Of a stretch of 57,639 bases of DNA, positions 1-10,485 are shown one piece after another. The number at the start of each line of letters is the position of its first letter. Within the stretch, counting starts at the first letter, position 1. Under the pieces are notes generated by a model, which saw nothing but the letters and a program-made list of their open reading frames with translations, did not search any database and had not been told where the DNA came from. This DNA is from Halocafeteria seosinensis (lineage: Eukaryota), in contig LVLI01000406.1 of NCBI GenBank assembly GCA_001687465.1, positions 1-57,639 on the forward strand, read 5' to 3'. The position numbers and the translations under genes are program-made.

Positions 1-2
1 GT

Positions 3-1226
3 GAACAGCATTTAGGTGCGAAGGTTGTTCAGATTATGGACGGTCATCACTCTACGAATATGCCGGAAATAGCGGGGGTGAATAGTGTTTGTATTCTCTA
101 CGTTTCGTCTATCAGGGACAAGATCTTCAAGGAGAGAAGCAAGAAAAGTGACTGGACGTATTTCCTCCCAAAATTTTCGAAGGAGGAAACAAGGGTTTTT
201 GCAGAAGTAAGAAGTAAGTATCTGCCCCAGCCAACTCTGGATGAAATCATGGGGCGCTATGAAGAAGTAGGTGGCTGCCCACGATTCCTGACGAAAGGGA
301 ATACCGCATACAAGAAAACATTAAAAGAGCAAGAAGATGCGGTAAAATTTCTGAGGGAAGCATCAATGGATCCAGACGTTTTGCATGATGTGACTTCAAC
401 TGTTGCGTCGAGGTTTGTTGTTCACATCGGGGCACGCCCAACTGAATATGAGGACCTCAATGAACATCTTCAGAAGTATGCTGTTCAGACTCGAGAGATT
501 GCTTCAGGTCGTGTGAGCCGGTTGATGGTGCTGTATTATAATCTTCAGATGCAGAAGCTAGGATCAATGTTGACCAGTATTGACACACCAGCACGGCCTT
601 ATTTTTTTGAGAGTGTGGTCATTCAATTTGTACAAAATGGGCCCACACTGTCGTGGATGGGGAGGAGGAGACGCCGGAGACAGCCATGGAGCTTCCCCAA
701 ACTGAAAGCGATCCTGGTGTTGAAAGAGTCGATGAAGCGTGCACATACGTTTGAGCTTACCGTGGGGCAGCTTTGTGTTCCTGTAGAACGCACGTTCCCC
801 GTTATTGATGCCTGGTCAGCTCACTATCTGGTCCAGGTAACGGTGGCTAAGCGACACGCTCTCGACTGGACGAATCCGGTATTTAAGAATGTTTTGAAAC
901 AAGTGAGGGAATCCCGACGCCAAAACAGCATAGAAGGAAACATACCGTTTTACTTTTTTGTCCCCGAGGGTCAAACTTGCAAGACTGTAGAGAAAGGCAC
1001 CCCACCTCATGATGTAGAGGTTTACGTTGTCGCATTGTCCAATCTGCCGGATTGGACGAGGGCTGCTTGCGAAGACGTTGACCCAGAAGAAGCAGCTGTG
1101 CAGCACGAGAGCGCTCATGGCTTTCGGACAATTTATGTCACAGCATCTGAATGCAATACTTCAACTACTCGTGAAGTTCTCAGTGCTCCGTGGGGAGAGC
1201 ATTCCAATGTTGGGCACCAATTTTGA
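3..1226 (+). CDS. Crinkler/RHS (CR)-type NTPase + restriction-endonuclease-fold effector, 5' end outside window
   Basis: Frame is open from position 3 (Walker-B-like VVQIMDG). Motifs YFLPKFS, YEEVGGCPRFL, FFESVV, VPVERTFPVIDAW..YLVQVTVAKRH and FYFFVP match the C-terminal NTPase/REase module of CRN/RHS proteins. Confidence 0.8.
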   Translation, partial: EQHLGAKVVQIMDGHHSTNMPEIAGVNSVCILYVSSIRDKIFKERSKKSDWTYFLPKFSKEETRVFAEVRSKYLPQPTLDEIMGRYEEVGGCPRFLTKGNTAYKKTLKEQEDAVKFLREASMDPDVLHDVTSTVASRFVVHIGARPTEYEDLNEHLQKYAVQTREIASGRVSRLMVLYYNLQMQKLGSMLTSIDTPARPYFFESVVIQFVQNGPTLSWMGRRRRRRQPWSFPKLKAILVLKESMKRAHTFELTVGQLCVPVERTFPVIDAWSAHYLVQVTVAKRHALDWTNPVFKNVLKQVRESRRQNSIEGNIPFYFFVPEGQTCKTVEKGTPPHDVEVYVVALSNLPDWTRAACEDVDPEEAAVQHESAHGFRTIYVTASECNTSTTREVLSAPWGEHSNVGHQF

Positions 1227-2123
1227 GACCCTTTCAAATCTGGTCTTACACACATGAGAAAACGGTGACTTGATACCCCATAGAAAATCAAAGCCGCTGA
1301 CGCTATTGAACAACAAAATTTGTTAAAATTTTCACGTGCAGCTCAACGAGTCGAAGGCCACTTTCGTAAGAGCTTTTCGCGCTGGTGTAAAGGAAACGAG
1401 ATTACGTCACTGTGAATAATGACACAAATTCCATACTTATGATAGATTAGGACACTGCCAATATAATGGTGAATCCAGAATTTCCATTTTCGTCTTTACA
1501 TATTGTATTATCATCGTCTTCTTCTTGAAGGGTACGGTCTGCAGTGGCGACCTCCACCTCTCCGGTCCCTGCTAATAGCTGCTATACAAGCAGTCGCTAG
1601 CGCAACATGACCAAAAATGGTCCCAAACGACGTATTTAGCTATACTGTAATTTAGAATCCAAGGATATATCATTACAATGCTTGTAACACTATATATATG
1701 GCTCTACAAGTTGAAATTTGCTGGAGGAAAATTAACGGTCTTTTTTGGAATTGTGTGGGGTCGAAGCTACAAAATGTGGGGTTTACCCCAGAGCTTCGAT
1801 TAGCTTCGATGAAATTCTCCGTATGCCTCGAAGCCTGGCGAAAAAAATTCATTCCGCCATCAAAGAGGAGGAAAGGGAATGGTTCAAATCTTGTTGTCAG
1901 GAACGTCCTGAAAAACCAGATCGGGAGTCCGATTCGGGACTCCAGGGACTCGTTGGCACAATTTACCGACCAATCATTAGGATCAGTCACCTCAGCAGAT
2001 GACTTGCGAAGAAAAACAGTTCTTCTCCAACTCATTTTGCGTCTGTATGGGCATCGAACATACAACAGAGGAGGAGTTATGCCCCAGGTCCGGCGAAATT
2101 TGGGAACGTACAGACTGTACGGT

Positions 2124-3225
2124 TAGGGCTGTTGGGACCGATAAAAAAACAGTTCCCCAGGTGGGGATGGGGAAGCCCCCCGGGACCATCCCCATTCCCC
2201 ATGGGGAAGGTTTGGGGAAGGAACATCGAAGACTTAACATGTTTTATAAGAATAGAACGTATAATCCAAGTCGTGTGCGTACATGATTGAGAAGGGGGAC
2301 TGGAAGATTGAGGAGCGCTAGGCGTTTGGAAATGGGGACGAAATGGTCGAGGAAGAGCACTGGCCGATTGAGAAGGGGGTGAAAAAGATTGAGAAGGAAC
2401 TGAAATGTAGCCTTGGAACTTCTGGTAGACTGGAAAGGCACACTGGGGCTTCTAGAAGATCGAGAAGTACTGGAAGACTGAAAAAATACACTGGAACTTC
2501 TTGACGACTGGGGACTAGAAGATTGAGAAGGGACCGGGGAACTTCTGAAAGATTGAAAAGGGGGAATTTGACTTCTGGAATGGCGACAAGGAGCACTGTC
2601 CGATTGAGAAGGGGTAGGAGGTACTTCCAGAGGAGCACTGGAGATTGAGGTGGTTGCTGGCTCTCCACAACCTTCACCGTCTCTGCAAGTGGTGGCAGCT
2701 CATCCTCAAAATCAGACGACCTTCGAATGGCGGTAGCGAAGGAACTTGACAGAAATTGCCCTCGTGGGCCAGTGGTGGCCCACTGGCAGGTCGTTGTTGC
2801 AACTCCATTTTCGTCCGATTACGTCTAGTGTAACGTTCTAGTTGTCACGGAAACACACGGCATAAGTATGCTGACGTTTAGGTCAAATGTTATTCCAGAG
2901 AGCACTAGTGTATGTACTTAATAGGCAATGAATAAGCAGGTTGGTCTTTGAATATCAGATTTGAAATCTGCATGCGAACTTTAACGGCCACTACTTTTGT
3001 CAGTATAGATAATGGTGTATTTCATCATATTTGAGCTCGTCGACCTCTATAATTATACAGTGCATATGCGCAATGACGTATTGCATGTCAATACATTCAC
3101 TATTGGAGTTTTATATTCTCCACTTTGGGGATCCCCATTCGGGATTTCTTCCCCGGGGGATTTGGGATGGGGAAGCCTTCCCCATCCCCAGTTGGGGAAG
3201 TGGGGACGCCATCCCAACAGCCCTA
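2124..3225. mobile_element. Non-autonomous TIR DNA transposon, hAT-like
   Basis: 14-bp terminal inverted repeats TAGGGCTGTTGGGA (2124) / TCCCAACAGCCCTA (ends 3225). GGGGATGGGGAA/TTCCCC subterminal motifs at both ends. Right TIR tandemly repeated to 3238. No 8-bp TSD seen. Confidence 0.75.
2285..2650. repeat. Degenerate purine-rich minisatellite inside the TIR element
   Basis: Recurrent GATTGAGAAGGGG and GAGCACTGG units; the minus strand reads as a broken Pro/Ser-rich peptide. Confidence 0.65.
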
Positions 3226-3484
3226 CCCAACAGCCCTATACGTACGTCGTGCCGGGTACGAGGGTAGACTCCCAGTAGTCGTCAACGAAAACGGTGGTGC
3301 GTTTTCTGGACTCTGTAAACTGTTGTACGGTATACAGAATTGGAAAACAACCATAAACCGGGAGCAGTGCTTTCGTAAACAAACAAAGTATTCCTCTGAA
3401 GGCAGGCGTCGAACAGATACTATCCTGGTAGCGCGCCGTGATTCATCATAGCCTTTTCTCAAGCTACCTGGTAATACTGTAACC

Positions 3485-4516
3485 ATGGCACGACCCACAA
3501 AACGTATATCATCATCTTCGCTCACCTTGCAATCAACGCTGGCGTTGATAGGGGTTGCCTTCATTTCTTTCCGTCCTTGCTTGATATCCGACAATGGGCC
3601 AAAGCGAACGGACGGTCCCAAACCCAGTGAGCAATGCGTAGTGCATCGCGTACCGGTATTCTCTTATCAGTGTGATACTTCCCCAGTGTATGGATCTCTT
3701 CAGAGGATGTGTCGCTTCGCCTGCTCTGCTCGTATCGTGCCGTCATCTTATTCGGTTCGTAGCAAACATGTCCCTTGTCTTCCGATGCCGGTTCAGTTTG
3801 GCTGGTTGTTACGAGGAGGAAGGGTCCACAAGATGTTCTCTTGTGATTATTACTTCCTTGGAAATATGGGAAGAAGGTTGCAGTGTCTAAGTATAGCTCT
3901 CCCGGAAGATCCAGTTGCAATGAAGCATCTTGAAGCCATTAACGTGGTGCGGAAGAGTACTAGTGACATGAAGTTCATCGGTCATTCCAATGGGTTGTTC
4001 ACGTCTGAGACGAACGCACACCTCGAAGTGAAAAATGACTCTTGTCCAAGGGTTCATTGGACAACGACCGACTATGTTCATCGGTGGAACAAGCTGGTTA
4101 CGAGCGGACGAGCAGGTAGTGCTTCTACAACTGCCAGCATTATAGCGAATGTGGTGGATCCATTCCGTAGTGTCCGAGAGATAGTTCGCTTTTGTGATCA
4201 CATGATACACCTTGGATTACACGCCTTGACTGTCCCCAAGGAGACATCACTGCTTGATTTATTCAGCCTGCTGATCGCATCCGTCCCGGTTTTACAAGCA
4301 TTGAGTTGCAAGTTTACAACTCCTGGAGATGAAGATTTTTCGGCAACTCCCAGCAACACTTTGGAAAAGGCTTCTCCCTTGCGATATATATTTCCAACCA
4401 AGACACTGACGTGGCCATCGCCTTATAGGAGAATGAAACTCCTAGCGCATGGAAGGGCGTCTCTGGCTTACGCACTGCAAAATGCGAGTGGTAATATTAC
4501 GTCACTGACGACGGTT
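3485..4516 (+). other. In-frame upstream extension of the GLUG ORF, possible transposase-derived segment
   Basis: 344 open codons with weak hAT-like motifs FSYQCDTS, TTTD and FCDHMIHL (CxxH). Confidence 0.25.
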
Positions 4517-6250
4517 ATGTTGGCGTTATTGTTTTTCGGTTGCATTCTTTTGAACGAGGTAGTAGCAGCAACAGATTTACGACCTGCGATTCTAAATGGT
4601 GACGAATCCTGCTTTCATTATAATGCGGCTCAACACCAGTTTGAAATGAATTGTAGTGTGTTGGCTTGGGGTGATCATGGCAATACGAATCAAGACTACA
4701 TCTCCTTGGATACGAATGAGACATTTGATGGTGGTCGGCAAAATGGTCACTTCATAAATCTGACCGGAATAACAGATTTCCAAGGATTGTTTACTATACT
4801 GGATAGTGTTGGATCATTTGATCAAGCTCCCTTGATTCGGAATCTTGATGTGCGGAATGGGGAAACTGAATGGAGAGGTGGATTCATTGTCCAACAACGA
4901 CAGAAATTCTTTATCATAGATTCATGTAGTTCATCAGGAGATATTGCTGGTAACTGGGGTGGTGGTATATGTGGTTGGCGAAGTGGTCTTGATCATGGTC
5001 AAATCAGGATATCGAATTCGTATTCGACAGGGAGGATACCGGGTGACGATGCAGGTGGTATTGCAGGTAACGGTGTAGGATACAATTATGGGATTGTCAA
5101 TATCACGGATTGTTATTCCACGGGGACTATTGAAGGACAATTTGCAGGTGGTATTTGTGGAAATGCTGCTGGTTATACGAATGGTCAAGTGTATATAACT
5201 CGTTCCTATTCCACAGGAGATATCATTCCTAATGCTGACTGGTGTGGTGGTATTGTGGGTGACCATGCTGGTCTGAACAATGGATTCGTGTACATCAAGG
5301 AATGTTATAGTATGGGACAAATATCTGCACAATTTTGTGGTGGGATTAGTGGACGGGATACAGCAGAAAAAGGGGGTGAAGTACATATCATAGATTGTTA
5401 TACACGAGGAGATATTAGTGGCGAACAAGCAGGAGGTATTACAGGATACCAGACAGGAGGGCAATCAAGCATTGCGACAGGTGATGTCTACATCACAAAT
5501 ACATATGCATCAGGTGTAGTCACTGGGACGAATGCTGGCGGTATTATAGGATCTATATCAAGTGAAGCAAGTGGTACTATCGCAGTAAAATATTCGGTAT
5601 ATAATGGCAGTGAAGGAGCAGCGTCGATCGTAGGAGTGTATGATGGAACTAATCTTGCGGAAACAGACAATTCAGATAATTTGACCGATATTCAGGGACA
5701 ACTATATCAACCAGGAGGGTGGTCTGAGGACGTATGGGCTTTAGTTAGAGGATCAAGTGACGACGACGACGAGGAGAATCTGCTGCCAATTCTACGCTTT
5801 CAATTGGTACCACCGTCGTCCCCTACTCCTTCACCGATGTCGACGCCATCAGCGACAACGACAGTGTCGGAGACTCCTTCAAGCAGTGCCACCCCATCGT
5901 CATCGTCCTCGCAGAGCCAAAGAAGGACTCCAACTGGAACGGCAAGCCCCACGCCAACTTTGACACCAACCCAAAGTTCCACTCTCACGTCGACGGCCAC
6001 GAGATCGGAAAGTCCGTCAAGTACTGCAAGTGCCAGCCCAACTTGTACATCTACTAGCTCGGCTCCATCTTCTACCACTAGTTCTCCGACTATGACAGGG
6101 ACGTCATCGTCGAGCTCAACTCCAACACGAAGCTCTATACCGACATATTTTGAAACAAATAGTGCTTCAGTTACGAGTAAACCAAACGAACCTACTGACG
6201 AGGTCATTGTACTGCCTGCTCAAAGACCCAAACGCACAGTAAAAGGCTGA
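4517..6250 (+). CDS. Secreted/surface protein with GLUG-like Gly-rich repeats and Ser/Thr/Pro mucin-like stalk
   Basis: Signal-peptide-like MLALLFFGCILLNEVVAA; about 7 repeats of (I)xxCYSTGxIxGxxAGGIxG; C-terminal S/T/P tract; no intron needed. Confidence 0.8.
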   Translation: MLALLFFGCILLNEVVAATDLRPAILNGDESCFHYNAAQHQFEMNCSVLAWGDHGNTNQDYISLDTNETFDGGRQNGHFINLTGITDFQGLFTILDSVGSFDQAPLIRNLDVRNGETEWRGGFIVQQRQKFFIIDSCSSSGDIAGNWGGGICGWRSGLDHGQIRISNSYSTGRIPGDDAGGIAGNGVGYNYGIVNITDCYSTGTIEGQFAGGICGNAAGYTNGQVYITRSYSTGDIIPNADWCGGIVGDHAGLNNGFVYIKECYSMGQISAQFCGGISGRDTAEKGGEVHIIDCYTRGDISGEQAGGITGYQTGGQSSIATGDVYITNTYASGVVTGTNAGGIIGSISSEASGTIAVKYSVYNGSEGAASIVGVYDGTNLAETDNSDNLTDIQGQLYQPGGWSEDVWALVRGSSDDDDEENLLPILRFQLVPPSSPTPSPMSTPSATTTVSETPSSSATPSSSSSQSQRRTPTGTASPTPTLTPTQSSTLTSTATRSESPSSTASASPTCTSTSSAPSSTTSSPTMTGTSSSSSTPTRSSIPTYFETNSASVTSKPNEPTDEVIVLPAQRPKRTVKG

Positions 6251-7189
6251 AGGTGTTTGGAAAAGCATTTCAAGGAGTGAATCAAGAGAAATGTGGAGGC
6301 GTAGCCCAATATAGTTACTGAGTGATATATTTTGCAGTAGTGGGACACGAAACTTAACAGGCTTAAATTGAGCATGCACCCAACAACAATGTTGATTCTT
6401 CCTGCATGCAATGTGATACAAGTTCATCCGCACTGAGCCATTCAACTTATCTGGGAAGCACATGAAGCTCGGCTTCGTTTGAGTAGTTGCATGCTGTAGC
6501 GTTCAGCCATCCCTTTATCTACTGCTCTTAGGTATCTCTTTATCTTCTTATTGCAGCTCTTGTTGTCTCCAATGCTCTTGCAAAAGGGATCATCATATCC
6601 CTCTCTTCCTGTCGCTGTCCTGTTTGGCTTGCACCCTCTTCCGGTTCTTGACGTGCGCGGACAGTCAAATCATACAGCCTAGCTAAGTGATCGAACACTA
6701 CCTTCGGCTAGTGAAGGCGTTCTTGTCTCAACGACATGTCTCTTTCGACTTGGTTTTGAACCGCTATCGCTCGTTGGTGCAGTTTCTGCTACCTATGAAT
6801 ATCCTTGACAATTCTTATCCTCCCATACACACCACGTTGTTCTTCTCAGACGGCGCAGCGGCTCTCTTCCCTTCCTTCGGCTGACAGTTCTCCATACCAT
6901 TGAACGCGCTTTAATGCTTGGATGGAGTAGGAAAACCCGAGTCTATCAGGTTGTCGTAGACGCCTATCACTCCCGTCCTCAACCGGCAAGCAAGCTTCCG
7001 GAAGATTAGTGAAGTCAAGTTGAGACTCGAGTGGACCGACTGAGTCCGACCCCTACAACGTACTGTATAATATAACAGGGCCTATATACAGAGTGATATT
7101 GCAAACATTTCCTGGTATGACATGCATCTAATGATGTCGGGGTATCTCAGTTGTGTGAGTGATTGTGTTCTTACTCCAAGAGATGTCAA

Positions 7190-7373
7190 TGGGAGAGGGT
7201 GCCTCCACACAGGGACAAAAAGGGTTGGGTGTTGAAGTTGCCCTTGCGCTCCCCGTGTCACGAAATACATGGCTCCGACGAAACCTCAGTCTGAGAGCCG
7301 AACATGGAGCAGCTGCATTGCTATACGCAGCACCAAGCAAGGAAAAGATTTTCACGAACCGACGAGTACATGG
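7190..7373 (+). mobile_element. Short relic of CRE-like non-LTR retrotransposon
   Basis: GAAALLYAAP..TNRRVHG and DNA ggagcagctgcattgctatacgcagcaccaag...agtacatggtag match 57047-57118; left boundary approximate. Confidence 0.6.
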
Positions 7374-7457
7374 TAGGGCTGTTGGGATGGCGTCCCCACT
7401 TCCCCAACTGGGGATGGGGAAGGCTTCCCCATCCCAAATCCCCCGGGGAAGAAATCC
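7374..7457 (-). mobile_element. Inverted copy of the right end of the hAT-like element
   Basis: 84-bp reverse-complement match to 3142-3225, starting exactly at TIR TAGGGCTGTTGGGA. Confidence 0.9.
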
Positions 7458-7649
7458 TACCATCAAGATGGCATCAGCCATTGCTTTTTGTCTATAACGC
7501 TACCAAGGCTGCCGAAACGCGCAATAGCCAATGGCAACGTGATCGGGCAAAAAATTCACTCTTCAAAGTTCAGCATAGCATGTACGCTGCCTAGACTACA
7601 ATTGTAGACTTCTTCCCCTACCTGCTCCTCGGCAGGAGGATGCACAACG

Positions 7650-7938
7650 AAATAAATCGCGCAGTCACAAAATATATAATTAAATATGCAGTTTTGAAGT
7701 ACAGATGAAGTGATGATCAGGCTAACAAAGAGATGGAAAACGTCCTCATAGAAGATGCAAATGGAGACTTCAAGTGGGCGAGCTTCTCTGCCACATGCTG
7801 CCACAGTCTGTTCGTTTCATCATGAATCCCGAATCTATGGCGATGATATAAGTCCAATGCTGCAGGAATTAACTGAGCTAAACTTTCAATTCCTTGTATA
7901 TCCTGCATATAAGGTGGGTAAACTTTGAGTATATCCAA
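7650..7938 (-). pseudogene. Possible decayed hAT transposase C-terminal dimerisation region
   Basis: ALDLY...LWQHVAEKLAHL.SPFASSMRTFSI resembles EL..Y...WW...P.L...P.SSA..ER.FS; it reads toward the TIR at 7374, as expected for a 3' end. Confidence 0.35.
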
Positions 7939-9506
7939 GCTGAAGTTGAGGTGCGTGTCAGGACATTAGTTGAATACACAAACAAGTTTTTGAACTTGCC
8001 CTGTCAGGACTTGTGTCCCAACCTAGTTTTGAAGCGGTAATACGTGGTGAGGTGGTAGATACAGTATAGCTGGAGGAGTGTTATTCTCCCCTATTTTTCT
8101 AAGGACTGTTGTTTATTGTTTTCCAAGCTGCAGCAATCCTTCTCCAGTTTTCTGGGAGTGATCTTTACCAGCCTTGTCCCGTTTCAAGTGGTTGCTGCCT
8201 GCTGGCGAAGCCTCGCGAATGTCGAACAGGTTCATAGCAATTTGTTTTATTCAAAAGGGATGATCAATTGAAGTTTTGTCTGCATTGCCGATAACGTGTA
8301 GTCTACTAACCAGAAACGCAGTAAGCTCATCTGGCCAAATCATGTTGCGCCCTCGGTCCCCGTATCAAAACGTGATTAACGTCTTGACGAACGCTCTTGT
8401 AATGATAGGCGTATATTCCTTTAATCTGCCGGAAGTTGCAACTTAGGGAAGTCACGTTTAGCCACCTGTTTTGACAACTTCACCTTCCAGACGCGGTTCT
8501 CCCGCTCGTGTAATGTGACCAGAGTTCCTCTGGCGCTGGAATTTACTAACAGCCGGCAGGCCAGGGCAGACGAGTTAACATACCTCGAAGCAGTCGCTTT
8601 GTTTTATTACCGCGCAAGATTCCTACGGTAAGCCAGGCTTTGACAACAGAAGGAAAGTGTAGCTCGAACTCCTCATTAGTAGCGGCCGATGAGCCGCTTT
8701 TAGTTGGCTCTTTTTCCTCCCAAGTGAATCGTACTGGATTATCGATAAACGCAACTGTTTTCCGTTCGGAACATGGGCATAAATGGCTAGTAAATACTGC
8801 AACAGGCCGCTGGAATTCCAATTTTAGTGACCACCCTTTGAGCACAATAAAGAGCGTGTATTTTTTCACCTGGTACAACTCGTTGCATGTCTATTTCCCC
8901 CTTTTTTCTGGTATCGACAGTACCAGGTACAGCAACATGTCGAAAATGACGAAATTCGATCACTCCAAAAACTATGAATTGCACATAATTCACAGGATCC
9001 TGTTTCCTCTAGAATTCATTTGTTACCCTCCCCGTACACACGTGAGCAAAAATTGAACGTCACCGCCTCGATAAAAACGGCGAAGAATTCCCACCGGAAA
9101 ATTTCGGAAACGTTATTGAATGGGCGAACCCTTGGCTCTGTTTCGGTCGACCAAATATCTTCGAGGCAATAAAACAAACCAAAACAAAACTAAAAAAAAA
9201 TGTGCCTCTAAATCCATATGCTTCTATGTAGGCGGCTGCGTCGCGGCAGCGGCAACGTGACTGCACTCCACCGGGTGGGCCTTTAGTGCCGTATCCCGGT
9301 AATGAAACTACCGGTGTTGGTTCTAAAGATTCGTCCGAGCTTTCCGACAAAAGAACGGGAAAAGATACCATAGACTTTCAATTCCCTGTCAAGTTGGAGG
9401 ACCACGGAGCAATCCAGTTGTATCCAATGTCTGAAGGATTCTATGATGATGATATCGATATGATACGACTTGCAGACCCTGTAGCTGTAGAGAAAGCTAA
9501 TCCGAT

Positions 9507-9790
9507 TTGTTGTTGGGCGCTATTGATGCTACGCTGGAGACGTGGGAGAAAACGATACATACCGAAACAAGACAAGGTTCAAACGCAAGGGAGGAAGAGA
9601 CCAGGCTTCCCTCCCACGAAGTTATCTATCTACATTGCCACAAGGGGCGCGGTAGAGCGCCAACTATCGCTGCATTGGTACTTATCTCAGTATTCGGCTT
9701 AGAGGTAGATGAAGCTCTTAAATATCTCCAATTTTGCAATTGGCACCGTTGGAGTGAGTACGGGTCCAGAGTTCCTCAGAGCGACAGACA
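9507..9790 (+). pseudogene. Protein tyrosine/dual-specificity phosphatase domain, probably fragmentary
   Basis: VIYLHCHKGRGRAPTIAA = HCxxGxGR P-loop, followed by EALKYLQ; upstream similarity lies in another frame. Confidence 0.6.
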
Positions 9791-10485
9791 AAGCGGAAGC
9801 GGTCAAACATTTGGCTCCCTAATGTGCTCAAACGTTCGATTCCTTTGGGCTCTTCTGAATTGGCCAGTTTCCATGGTGCAGACCAAGATCTTGACGCAAC
9901 CGGTTCTCCTAATGAGGTGGCAACTGGGAAAGCGACAACCCCTCAGAGCGTCACTGAGAAAGCCACTGGGGAACCCACTACGACGACCACTGCAAACACA
10001 TAAGGGTGTCTTACTGATGGTTCGTACCACTCTGGTGCTTTGTCGCGTAAGCGGGACGGCTGCCATTCCTGTACGTTGCAGTGCCAAGATCTTGTTTTTC
10101 AACAATTTTAGGCGGGCTTACAGACCCCGTGAGATAATTAACACAAGCATGTCGGTCATTGTCACGGTTCTGGTAATAAAGCTGTCGTAGTCTCTTTTTG
10201 CGTTGATTTTTCTTCCACGTTCGCCACCGCTGCCGTCGTTTTCTGCCTTGTTTCCCTCCACTCGATACATCAGCTTCTGGCTTGTTGCTTGACGCATTAC
10301 AGTAGGCTTTGCTTCCTTCACTGGACCCACTCATTGCATAGAACTGTAACACGGGATAAACTTCCCCCTTGACTCAGAGGAAGACCTCCGAGGATCCATT
10401 CAATGTTTATTCACGAGTATTGATGGTATCCTAGAATTAATTGGACATGTTGTATGCATAATTCGGTTTCTGGGGTACCAAGAGA

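Noticed and set aside
2285..2650. CRISPR-like repeat array
   Set aside because: Units are degenerate with no unique spacers, there are no cas genes, and the context is eukaryotic.
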